A stretch of 64,000 nt of DNA. Origin: Takakia lepidozioides. Its lineage: Eukaryota > Plantae > Bryophyta. The position numbers were made by a program, and so were the translations under genes. A model generated the notes under the pieces. That model did not search any database and was not told where the DNA came from. It saw nothing but the letters and a program-made list of their open reading frames with translations. Positions 1 through 11,919 of the stretch are shown here, in pieces (the stretch's first letter is position 1; the number at the start of each line of letters is the position of its first letter). The stretch lies in assembly GCA_030704615.1 (NCBI GenBank), contig CM060731.1, positions 18,352,001 through 18,416,000 on the forward strand, written 5' to 3'.

Positions 1-519
1 ACCCCTCTCCGTGTAACTCCAGTTCCTCGTAACCCCATCATCCCTGTAACCCTCTGCACGTCAGCCCTTTAGCTCCGCCTCGTGTAACCCTCATTGTGCA
101 ACTCTCATATTGTAACCCCACCATGTAACCCCGATACTGTATCAATCCCCTCCGTGTACCCCCGATTGTGTCATTCATAGCTCGTGTCACCCCGGATCCT
201 TTATCCCCACGCATATCACCCCTGTTCGTGTAGCCCCTTGTGCCCGGCAAAAATTGGCGGGCTCCAAGAGGTGTCAGATATTTTGAATTCAAACCTGGGT
301 TACACGATTCGGTGACATCAAAACCCACGTGTAACTCCATCATCACTCGTCATTTTCACCAGGTGCGTAGACGACGTGCAGTCCCGAGGGCTCCGTTGCG
401 TTGCTCGCGTGTGTTATGCGATTTGTACTGTACTGGTGGTACTGTTGCTGCTAATGGCATGTGCTGCCGCGAAGGGCTAGACGAGGAACGCAAAGCAGCA
501 TTGGAATCAAATGGTTTGA

Positions 520-1041
520 AAGATGAGGCGGGAGAACTCTGTCATTTGCAGCATTTGGATCTCATTTGAAATGCATCCTACAGCTGCCCATAGACGGGCT
601 TTTCAATCACACAAACCTCCGTTGGATACGCCAGGTTTCCAGGGAAAAGGGAAACGGATATCCATCGAAGTAGCTGTCGTTCCATGGTCTTGCATTCCTG
701 ATTTTCTGGAGGGGAGAAAGGAGTAGAGTGGATGGGAAGACCCCATTTTTATGTTCAAGATCGAAGGTACCGTAAGTTGCCAGATTTGACAACACCGCGT
801 GCAAACAGTTATCGTCAGTGGCATAAGTAAGTCACTTATGAGGGTTGTATAAATTCCCAGCCCCACTTCTTTCTGCTAGCCTAGCAAAGTCGTATATGGC
901 GATAACCCTCCTCGCTTTATATGCTTTTTTGCAGGTACCACTGCTGCTACGGCCCGATAGATAGGCGCACGGACCCGCCGATTGTGAAGAAGAAAGAAAA
1001 CCGATAGCAGCCTCCGATAATCAAAAAATGATAGTGTAACC
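520..1041 (+). pseudogene. 5' exons of the MULE/SWIM transposase (frameshifted)
   Basis: VAVVPWSCIPDFLEG and, after a GT-AG intron (~827-933), YHCCYGPIDRR resemble the N-terminal motifs (A.IPFSRV.DF..GE; YWCSFGPDD) of plant SWIM-zinc-finger MULE-derived proteins. Confidence 0.65.
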
Positions 1042-1253
1042 AGAGGTAACAGACAGCATGCACCCAATCCATGTAACCCCTCAAGCAACTGACGTGTAAC
1101 TCCCAGTGTTACAGGCAGCAAGCACCCCTCGTGTACTGGCAGTTTAACTCTTACTGTGATTCTCAGTGTAACTAGCAGCAGTGTAGCCGATCATGAAACC
1201 CCTCGTGCATGCAACTCGTAGTGTGAATTACTGTGTACTCAGAACATGTAACT

Positions 1254-2303
1254 TCAGCCGTGTGTACTGATAGCATTGATTTCTGCGTCTGCATCGTCGA
1301 CAACAAAAGCATTTGGCCTCCAATCTGGTTGCTCTGAAGAGTGGTCGCGAAGATGTTTCATCCAGGGGCTCAGGTCAGTCGTTTTGTTTTCTCGCTGATA
1401 TAATAAAGCAACAGGTATGCCGTTGAGCCATTCGTCGAACACCATCATGGTATACATTGGGAATGCAATGTCGCAATGGTGGTACAAAAATGAATAAGGT
1501 GAGTGTTATAATATTGGCAACAGTTGCATGGCACTCACATTTCAGAATGCAATGAAAGGTAAAGCGTGACACGAATACCTTATTTCGTTGGGTCCCAAAT
1601 GTTGCATCCATGATACCACACGGTTGGTCCCAGGTCGATCATTTTCTGTTTTTGCCCTCCGTTTGTTTCCAATTACGAATTCAAATCACCCGCCACTGGC
1701 GGTTCTTCATGGATAGAAGAAGACGCTTTCAGGATTGCTATCGACCACATACGTACACTTGGTGCATCATCTGGATGGTTTTTGTAACTCTCAATCGCAA
1801 CTTGTCGGCAATGTTTCTCACGTCGTACTCGAACAAGAAACAACGCGACTCCACTCCATGCCGGCTGAGACGCACAAGCTTCCTGGAGCTTTGAGTGTGT
1901 TGTGTCATAATCATAGCGGAGAAGGCCACTGCGAGACTATCGACGATCCTTGTTTCATATCTTGGCTGAGACGAGGGGCATGCCACGAATCGCAGAAAGG
2001 GAGAGGGGTCAGCTGAACCATGACATGGCTTTCCTTTTGCATCCACATGTTGTTTCTGGAAGTATGTAATGATTGCCAACTCTGAATCTAGAAAACACTA
2101 GCCAACTTTGAAGCTACACGTACACCCACGTTTATATGACTCTCCGAAATCCGCTGCCTTACGTCTGATTCGCTTGACTGGTTTTTAGACAGATGGTTAT
2201 ACTGCCTTGAGTTGGACAGAGGGTTACACTGCTGTGAGTTAGACCGAGGGTTACACTGCTGTGAGTTAGACCGAGGGTTACACTGCTATGAGGTAGACAG
2301 AGG
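1254..2303 (-). pseudogene. Middle exons of the same transposase, inverted relative to the rest of the gene
   Basis: The minus strand reads KRGCTCSF...AIITYFQKQHVDAKGKPCHG...DATFGT / FPMYTMMVFDEWLNGIPVA...WRPNAFVVDDADAEINAI, which contains the first two catalytic Asp motifs of a MULE DDE domain. Several indels are present. Confidence 0.85.
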
Positions 2304-2687
2304 GTTACACTGCGAGTTACACTGGGAGTTACACGGCGTGTCATCCGCAGTCCTGCATGGATTAGGTTGCACTGCTATAGCATGTGAGTTATACTGGGAG
2401 CATCGCAGAGGGTTGTATGGGTTGGGTCGCTCTGAGAGTTACACGGTGTAACATGGATTGCGTTACAGCGCTGCGAGGGGTTATATGTGTTGGGTTACAC
2501 TGCTGTGAGTTTCACTGATAGTTACATGACCAGATGCACGAGGGGTTACATGAGTCACACTACTAAGAGTGACACTTTGAAGAGTTACACTTCTACGAGT
2601 TACACTGCGAAGAGTTCCTCTGATAAGAGTTACACTGACAAGAGTTACACTGATGGATTGGGTGGCATTTGATGTGTGTGCGTGCAG

Positions 2688-3830
2688 GGAATCGTTTGGG
2701 GACGTAGCGATATATGCCTTTGGCATGTTCGCTGCGCTTGGCTGAAACATTCGTAGCGTAAGATGCCCGATCCATACACTCGCAATGCTGTTTTGAAAGA
2801 GCTTGGCGACGTAATGTACAGCATTAACGCTTGTGTGGGAGTCACCCCAGAAGAGTGGGCGCTGGAGCGACTGGAAGATTTGAATTATTCCTATCCGCTT
2901 GCGCGTGACTTCCTACGTTACATCAGAATGGAATGGGTCCCAAAACTGAGCATGTGGATCACGGGGGCTCGTTATATTCCCCACGCAAGTCAGGATACTA
3001 ATGCCGCAATTGAATCTTGGCACGGAAATTTGAAGGCTCGTTTACGCTCGGGAAAGCAAAGGCTTGATGGCAGGAGAATCGATTGGCTGATCAGCGAACT
3101 CGTGGGTCCTGTTCTAACCCACTATTGGTATAGAGATAACTTGAAATCGAAAGGCTTCAAAAGGAATGTACGACAGGAGGAATTTATCAGTAATGTTGTT
3201 TGGACTGCAAGGGAGATCCCTGATGTCAATGTTCATTTGGCCACTGTTCCTGGTCATCCGGCGATTGTGGATAGTGTTCAAACGGCCGGTCGAAGCTACA
3301 CAATCTATGCACCTGCGACCACCTGGGCTTGTTGTGATTGTCCATGGGCTTTGAAGGGTAACTTGTGCAAACATCAAATCCGCGTTCTTCAATTGATGAA
3401 GCCAAATCTGAAGGAAGGGCTTATTGTGAAGCTCTGTGGCACAAAGCTCGGGACCATTCATGGAGGTCTTCACATGTTGATGAAATCGGAACTTCCAGAT
3501 ATTGATGCAAAGGAGGAAGTTGTGAATCTAGCAGAGCCTACAGAGTGCTCAGCATCATCCCAACGTGGTCGGCAGGAGCCATCGGATGTTTCATCAATTG
3601 AATCTGAGATGAAGTCCCTGTCGCTTCTTGGCAATGAGAGTGAAACAATGCGCAAACATTTGCTTGCCGAGCTTCGTTGTGTTCGTGGGAGGCTGTCCAC
3701 TTTACAAGTTAGAATCGACAAAGGTCTGTTGCACCCTCTTCAAGCAGTTCCATTCATAAAAAATGATGATGGAAACAACATGTCCCTTGCCAGGAAAGTA
3801 GATTTTGTAGACCGGTTCCGTAGTAAGTGA
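2688..3830 (+). CDS. 3' exon of MULE-type transposase with SWIM zinc finger
   Basis: CLWHVR (MULE CxxH, frameshifted, ~2715), TNAAIESWH (catalytic Glu) and SWIM CDCPWALKGNLCKH. Open 355-aa ORF at 2763-3830. Confidence 0.9.
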
Positions 3831-5194
3831 CCATTGAGTCCATTGGCAATGACACTTATTTTGTGATCACCAAGTTTAATATGAAGTACATGTTTGTTCA
3901 TGGGTTGTTATTCACTTTGCCATTCCATCCACATTCAACCTATGTAACTCACTCAATGGGACACCCATGGGCCGGGGTGACACACCGCAGGGTTACACTG
4001 TCTGGGGTTTCATAACGTAACATAGCTCTACTTAGTGTAACTCGCATCTGTGGTACTCCACACAGTGTAACACAGATGAGTGTGAACCTCTTCAGTGTAA
4101 CTCATTGTGGTGTAACTCCAAGAGCAATGTAACTATCAACAGTGTAACCCAGTATGTAACCCCATAGAATATTGCTGTCAGTGGTGTAACTCTGAGAATT
4201 ATAAGTCGATGACTACAATGTGACTACAGGGTCTGGGTTAGTCTGCCGGGGTTACATGACCCTTCAATACAGAGTGGGAAGATGCTGAAGTCGAGCACCT
4301 TTAGTCACCAACACTAGCCCCTGTATGTGTAACCCAATTTGTGTGTAACCCATGGACGTGTAATCCATGAGATAGATAATCATTCCGTTCAACCTATGTT
4401 ATGGACCAGTGTAGCCCTCCGAGTGTAACTTGTTGTTGTGTAACCCCAAGAAGTATGTATCCCGACCACATGTAACCCCCATTGATGTCACCCCATCGCA
4501 TGTAACCCATTGTACAATTTGGGGTGCACGCTATAAACCCCGATGCTACATCACCCCATCTTATGTATCCCCACGACACGTAGCCCTTGTATAGGCAACC
4601 CTGCCCACTTTCATTGTGCACAGTGTAACTTAGAACTGTGTAACCCTCTTGAGTGAGTGTAACCCAGAGTGTTGTAACTCCAAGAAGTATGTAGCCCGAC
4701 CAGATGTTACCCCCACACTATTGTGACCCCATCGTATGTAACCCATTGTACATAGCCCTCATGTATGTAACCCCATGTAGTATAAATCTGAGAACTTCAG
4801 TGCACAAACACTTCAGTGCGAAAAAAATAAAAAATAAAACAAATGCGCATAGTCGAGGTGGGGTTACATGCCACGAAAGTATACTGTTTCAGCAACGTGA
4901 CCCTGACATAGCCAGGAAGGCCCAACCATGTAACCCTAGGCCCATTGTATGTAACCCATAAGTGTAACCCCACGTTGTGAGACCCGGCATGGTGTAACCC
5001 ATCACTTATGTGTGAACCCACAGAGTGTAAGCCCATTGCCCCAGGGCCCAAAGGTGTACCCAAGTACTTGTCTATGATTCCACTTCATGTAACCTTATAA
5101 GGTGTAACCCCATGTAAGCCCATTGCATGAAACCCAAACTGTGAAGTGTTACGAACAAACCACATAGAAGCAAAAATGCATCAAGAGACGCTAT

Positions 5195-8100
5195 TTATTT
5201 CTTTGGCCATCTGACCAAGTCTTTGTCCATCTCGTCACACAGCCAACTAATCATATGAGTACGGGAAGCTATCATGGTTGACTCGTTGAACCAACTTGCA
5301 GTAAACGCCCGCCTATGACGGGTTCGATCTTCTGTGGTTTTCACATTGAACTTCCACTCCAAGTAAAATTGCACAAAACAAAGTGCATAATAGCCGCACT
5401 CCCAACAGCTCCGTTGTTGGGGGACACTGGCCTCAAACCATTCCATCCTCTCCATGACGTAACTGAAGTCATCAGATCCAGGCATGAAATCAAAGAACGC
5501 TATGGCAAAATTTCGCAAAATTCCTTCAATGAGTTTGGGTCGGGCAATGGTTTTATGGGAGTCCAAATGTACTATCCGACCTCGGCGCTCTAAAACAGCA
5601 ACACTCCAGTGATCACTGCAACACAAACAAAGCCGTTACGTCAGAATAGAAAAAAAACATCTCCAATGAAACCCATTGTGGTGTAACCCAGTAGTGTAAC
5701 CCTTTGTACTGTAACTCTAAACGGTGTTACACAACTAGTCAGCAGTCACTAGTGCAACTCAGTCTAGAATAGAGGAGTGTAACCCAACATGCTCAGTCAA
5801 CGCTGAAATTACTTACTCGAAGACAATAGGGATGACAACCACGTCCACAAGATCTCGATTCTTTGTGAACACCATCCCTCGGGCATCCTGAGTGTACCAT
5901 TCTTGCACCAACCCGAATAGCGTCTGCAGATCGTTACCATTGGTACGCATGACATGCCATTGGAAAGGAGCACAGATGACAAACTCAGGTGCGATAGCCT
6001 TAAACAATTTGGCCTCCAGAAGTTTGTTGTAACCCGAGAGCAATGCATCTGTGACAGTTGCTCTTATTTTATACATCGGCTCAAAATCTGTCTCTTCCAA
6101 GTAAAACTGTAACGGACTAGAAGCCAGGAAGGCATCGCCATAATAAAACTTCACTTCGGGCGCCCCAGGAGGGTCCGACACCATTCTGAACTTTGTCAAG
6201 TACCGTTGTTTTAGTCTGCACAACAAACCGCACATTACGAACATTACGATGCATCATACAAGAGTTATAATCAATATTCAAAATCAGAGAGGATCAAAGT
6301 ACAATGAGGTACCTCGAACGCTCCCGCAAGTGCTTGGCAAGGACCTCTTGCTGCTGGACAACGTCAACCTCCGACCCCTGCACTTTTGCCTTTCGGTTTG
6401 GTTCGCTGTTTTTTGGGTGCGACAAGAACAGATACTTCTTTGTCAGCGCTAGGGGGTTCAGCCAACCGCTTTCTTTGAGCAGGCGGCCGTTTTGACCTCT
6501 TGGGATTCTCTGCAACCCTGACAATGCCGCCGGTAGGGGGAATTTCTGAGCCAGAGGTGCCTTGTTCTGAGTTTGCTGCAAGTGCTGAAGACTGCACTCC
6601 CTCGTCTGAGACGTGCTGGGGAGGTGATTGACCAAGGGCAGAAGTGTCACAGCTCACCTCCTCGGTGCTACCCCTGTCAGTGTCACCCTTCTGTTCAAAC
6701 CCCTTGTCACGCTTCTTAGTGTCACCCTTCTCTTCGGCTACCTCCTCAGTGTCACGATTCTCAGTGTCACCCTTCTCTTTGGCTTCCTTCTCAATGTCAC
6801 CCTTCTCTTCGGCTACCTCCTCAGTGTCACTCTTCTTAGTGTCACCCTTCTCTTCGGCTACCTCCTCAGAGTCACGCATCTCAGTGTCACCCTTCTCCCC
6901 GGCTACCTTCTCAGTGTCACTACTCAGTGTCACCCTTCTCTTTGGCCGCATTATCAGTGTCACTCTTCGCAGTGTCACCCTTCTCATCGGGTTCCTTCCC
7001 AGTGTCACTCTGCTGAGTAACAATCTTATGTGTGTCACCCTTGGCAGTGTCACTCTTCTCAGTGTCTAGATGCTCCGCAACATCCTTCTCTTCGTGACTC
7101 TCCACAGTGAAACGCTTCTCAGTGTGACCCTGCTTTGTGTCACCCTTCCAACTGACAACCTCCTCGGTGACACCCTTCCCCGTGTCACCCATGTCGATGT
7201 CACTCTTCTTTGCATCAACCTCCTCAATGCCATCCTTGATTGTGTCGCCCTTCTCCGCACCCTCCAAGACCATGTTGACTAGCGGAAGACCGTCATCCGT
7301 CGCGACTAGTGGCCGTGGCAAAGGAGTGTCACCTTCCACGACTAGTGGTAGTGGAATGTCATCCATGGCAGTGTTACACTCACTGACATCTACCATGTGG
7401 GTTGGCTGTGGGGTGTCACCCCTATCAGTGTAACCCATGTCAATGTCACTCTCAACGGAAGTTGCAGTGTTCACGGGCAATGGTGTGTCACCCACGACAA
7501 TGTCCCTCACGGCATTGTCAGCCACACCGGTATCCGCAGTGTCACCCTGAGGTGCAGTGTAACCCTCCTTCCCTGTTGCTCCTCTCTGCACAGTGTCACC
7601 CTCAGGTGCAGTGTAACCCTCGGTTTCAGGGCATCCTCCCCTTGCAGTGTCACCCTGCGCATCAATGGGACCCACGAAGGCTGGGTCATTCTGAGAGAGG
7701 TTGACCACATGATCCTGACAAATACTTACATTGTTGCATCGAGGGTTCAACCCAGCATCTCCAGATTCAAAGTCATACACAGACTCTGGGTCAAGCGGGT
7801 CCCCGATTCTTCGATTAAGACCTTCAAAAGAAATGACTGGGGCTGCGGACAAAGAGGTTCGCACTTGGGTGTTCCACCTTGATGTATCATCTTCAGTATC
7901 AGTATCAGAATTCATGGGCAAATCCCGCGTCAAGTCTGCTAGGTTCACCCCTAAGTGCAGCTGGGTTGAGTACAATTCACCAACCTGCGACAAAGATACA
8001 ACGGCAGATTGACTTGGAATGATGTCCTCATCATGTACATCGTCGCTCTGCGGGGCGGAAATTGGCCCATCGCTCGTCTGCGCGCCCCCTACGCCCCCTG

Positions 8101-10617
8101 TATCGCATTGTGGAGGGGCCCCATACACAACTTCGTGAAGCTCACGTTGAGCCTCAAAAAGGTTTTTGAACGCATTGGCGACTTGATTGGTCATGAGCTC
8201 GGACTCATCTGCATCGGGGAAAAGACAAAGGTTTTTAGTCGTGGAACGAGGTTTTTGAAAGTGCAAGGGTTACACTATGTAAGGGTTACACTGACTAGGA
8301 CAAGACAGTGGTTCGGATTACACGATGTGGGTTACACCACCCTGTTAGAGACAGTAGTTTGCAATGGGTTACACTACTGAGATTACACAACGAGAGGGTA
8401 ACAAATCTAGGATAACACAGTGAGGGGTACCATTAGGGGTACACTGATTACAGGGTTACATACTCCGAGGGTTACACTGATTACAGGGTTACACACAGCG
8501 AGGGTTACACTGAGTACAAGGTTCCACATAGCGAGGGTTACACTGATTACAGGGTTACACACAACGAGGGTTACACTGAGTTACAAGGTTCCACATAGCG
8601 AGGGTTACAATGATTACAAGATTACACACAAAGGGGTTACACGACGAAGGGGTGACAGTGGATGGAGTAACACTTACAGAGATACCAAGGCACTACAGAC
8701 CCAAGGTCTCTCATATACTGGATGCCCAAACGCGCATTGAAGTCCATTTCTGTTGGTGATTCGCTGAAGAGGCCACAACACCAAAGCTGGATAAACGATT
8801 CTCTCTGTTGGATCGCAAAGTGATGGGCGGCGCGACGACGGCTTGCCTTGCAAAACTGTATAGCTCCGTTGATCTTAATTGACCGGTCACCCCACTCTTC
8901 TGTACTCAAACTCGATCTTAAGTCTTCGAGCTCAGAATCCAAGGTCGCAATTCCGTCACCAGGTTGTGCAAAGTACATCAGACTAAAGCCGTAATACTCA
9001 TCGACCAGGTCCTTCACCTTTGAGGCCGTAAGAGCACTTTCCAGAAGTTCAGTCGTGAACCCCAACCTGGGATGCGTTTGGGAAACTGACCTGCCATGAT
9101 TTCTTACATCGTTGTGGGCCAGAATTCTCAAAAGGAGTGGTGGCGGTCCAATGTGCGGTTTGGTGAGATTCTCCATTTGACTGATCAATCCTTCGGCAAA
9201 ACCACGAGTGAATTCCAACGGATCTGGAACAACCAAACCTTTGATTCCATCTACAGTAATAGTGATGACAAGAGGATTTGAAGTTCTGGCATCGTCAAGG
9301 TCGGTATTGCCAACAGCTAGTTCGTCCATCGTGTCATCATCATGTGAGGCTTGGCTCTCTCGATGGACTCGTGTAAGTCTCCCACCTTTTTTCTTTTTCT
9401 GCTTTGGCATGTCAGGATGCCCAATGCTCTCTAAATACTCCTTCACCCGATTCAATTCCTCTATCATTAACGGACCATGATCCGGCTGGGCAGTAAACGC
9501 CTTGTGGGCAGCAACAACACTGTCCATATCATCGCTTCTAAGATGATATCGAGCTCCCTGCGCAATACAACGTGAGGGGTTACACCAGAGAAAAAGGTTA
9601 CAGCACGAGGGGTTACACATGAAAATGGGTTACAAACAAGATGGGCTACACGGGGTTACACAGAGGTGGGTTACACACCATAGGGGTTTTTAAAAGGGGT
9701 CCTCTGTAGGTGGGTTACACTCTGGGTTACACGCCACAGGAGAGACAGGGGGGGTAACACAAGGGGTTACATGGATAGACAACAGCCCAAAATTTGAAAA
9801 ACAGAGAAATGGCAGGGAATCCAACTTGATTGTCTGTCGATAGAACCCAACTTGATTTTGCAGCTGTCGCATGGACTGCGCCCTCGCCTCGCGCAACAAA
9901 TTCTTGGAATGCCGGCCAAAACCCCTTCTCATTGACATTCGGAAATGGGAACTGAGGAATAAGGCCATGCGGTAGCAGAAGGATTGAGCCTGGAGTTCGC
10001 TTTCGCAAGATGAACCTTGAGCTCCGGTTTCCCCGGTTTCCAATGTTGATTTTCTTTGCAATAGGGACAGGTAGAGGCGGGCTCAATCGCCGCTTGTCTC
10101 TCTCGTTAGAAACCTGCCGAATAGAAGGACCAGGGACAGAAACAGCAGGAGCACCAGAAGATGGAACCTCTATAGCAGAAATAGCCGAAGAAGGTACAAC
10201 AGCAGGCACTTCAATAGGATCTGCAATCTCACCCAAAGCCACCCTATTTTGCAGAATCCATGCATGATATGCATCAACAGAAGAAGCTGGAACAGAATTC
10301 ATCACATTTTCAACAGCCATGGCATGCTTGAGCTCCGCATCAGGAAACGGTTTTGTTCCTTTCGGTCTGGCCATACATGCGGCCGTTCCATCGACAATAT
10401 GCCGATTCAATCTGCTCTTATCTACCTTTACTGCCCCACAATAAGGACATTTGAACTTAGGCCCCTCCACCTTGGCCTCTCTACACCTGGTGTGGCAGTA
10501 CGCGATCATTGTAGCATGCTCATGCTCAGTGTACCAGAAGCGAACTCGTTCGCCATCCCTTTTCAAGTGATCAAATGGAATAGTAGCCTCTCCAGGGAAC
10601 AAATAACAATCAGCCAT
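5195..10617 (-). CDS. Five-exon transposon gene (~1450 aa): N-terminal Zn-finger-like motif, unknown helical domain, acidic GDT repeats and C-terminal Ulp1/SENP (C48) protease; two frameshifts in exon 3
   Basis: Exons 10617-9826, 9557-8678, 8208-6313, 6215-5817 and 5615-5195 have GT-AG introns with matching phases (0,1,2,2). CPYC-x12-H lies near the N-terminus. Spliced IPIVFDDHWSVAVL...HLDSH...PQQRSCWECG supplies the His/Asp/Gln/Cys catalytic residues. Confidence 0.8.
6640..7660 (-). repeat. Coding minisatellite (EKGDTE/KSDT repeats) built from the GGGTGACAC motif variant
   Basis: Recurring cagtgtcacccttctc units on the + strand translate on the minus strand as KGDT/SDTEEVAEE repeats. Confidence 0.9.
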
Positions 10618-11499
10618 GACAAAAGAAAAAGCTGACAGAAGAGAAGAGAAGAGCAAGAGCAAGAAAAGACAAGACAAGAAAAGACCAAGACCAAGAGAAT
10701 TCCGAAGAACGCACAACAGGGAGCACGCACAGCAAGGAGTGCAGGAAGAATATGAAAGGCTGCCAGAAGGGGAAAACTGAACAATGATCAAAGAACGAAG
10801 AACGAAGCTAGCTAGATGTCACCCGTAAGGCACGTCGGTTAAGCGAAAGACGGCGGTTCATTAAAATCTGGCGGCTTGCAATCAATTATATCCGCACTGA
10901 CTCACACGTGTATGAGTTGCAATCCCGGTGTCACCCGGAATAGCGGAGTGTAACCCGTAACCCTACACTTGTGAGCGCGACAAACCGGCCGTTACCCGCA
11001 TGCCAGGCACGTCGAGTGTAACCCTCCGTCAGGTACCCACATATGATGTAACCCTTCGTCACAACCTCATGTACCCCTAGTCTATGTGACTCCCGAACAC
11101 AACATCGATGTAACCCTGTCATATCAAACCATTAGTATGCAACCTCCAGGTAAACATGGTCAATGTAATGCCCCACCCATGTAACCCTAGCCTATGTGGC
11201 TCCGCGAGCGCAACATCCACGTAACCCATCAAACATGTCAACCCCATCTAAACCTCCATTACTAAACCGTCTACCAAGCTAGCATGTATTGAGAAAGAAA
11301 ACACCGTGTAACCCCCTGTGTGTAACCATAGCACACGTGAGGTAGTCATATAAACCATCAGACATGTAACCGGTTGACAGTGCTTGCAAAACACGCATGA
11401 TTCGATACGTATTGCATCCATAATAGCGATGAATAGGCTGCCCCGGCTGGTGTGTGAACAAAAGATACACGAGAGGAGAGTGAATGGGCACCCCGTCAA

Positions 11500-11580
11500 A
11501 TGAGCGGCTGCTTGCATGGCTAGACCGAAAGAAACAAAACCCTTTCCTAATGCGGATCTTAGGAATACCATAGCCATCGG
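11500..11580 (+). pseudogene. Inverted, diverged fragment of exon 1 of the Ulp1-protease gene
   Basis: AACMARPKETKPFPNADLRNTIA here versus AACMARPKGTKPFPDAELKHAMA at ~10316-10385 (minus). Confidence 0.75.
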
Positions 11581-11919
11581 GGACGGTGACAAAACAACAA
11601 GAATGACATTGAGAAAGAAAAAGAATAGAGACAACCGTATCAATCGTAGAGAAAACCGTAGTAATAGATTTGACGGATCGTTGCGCGGAAAGCGTTGTCT
11701 TGTATGTTGCTGGGATGACGATACTGAACTGAATGAACTACAAATCTTTCGCATTGATGTGTGAAGCCGATTGGGCACCATGGGAATTGCAGAAAGCTGA
11801 TGCCCCAAAGCAAAAAAACGAGCGAGCTAGGAATCTGAAAAACGGATGGAGAGAGCAAATTAGGGTTTCGACCTCTATTTAAACCTCCATTCGGCCGTCG
11901 GATAGTTTACACGTGTATG

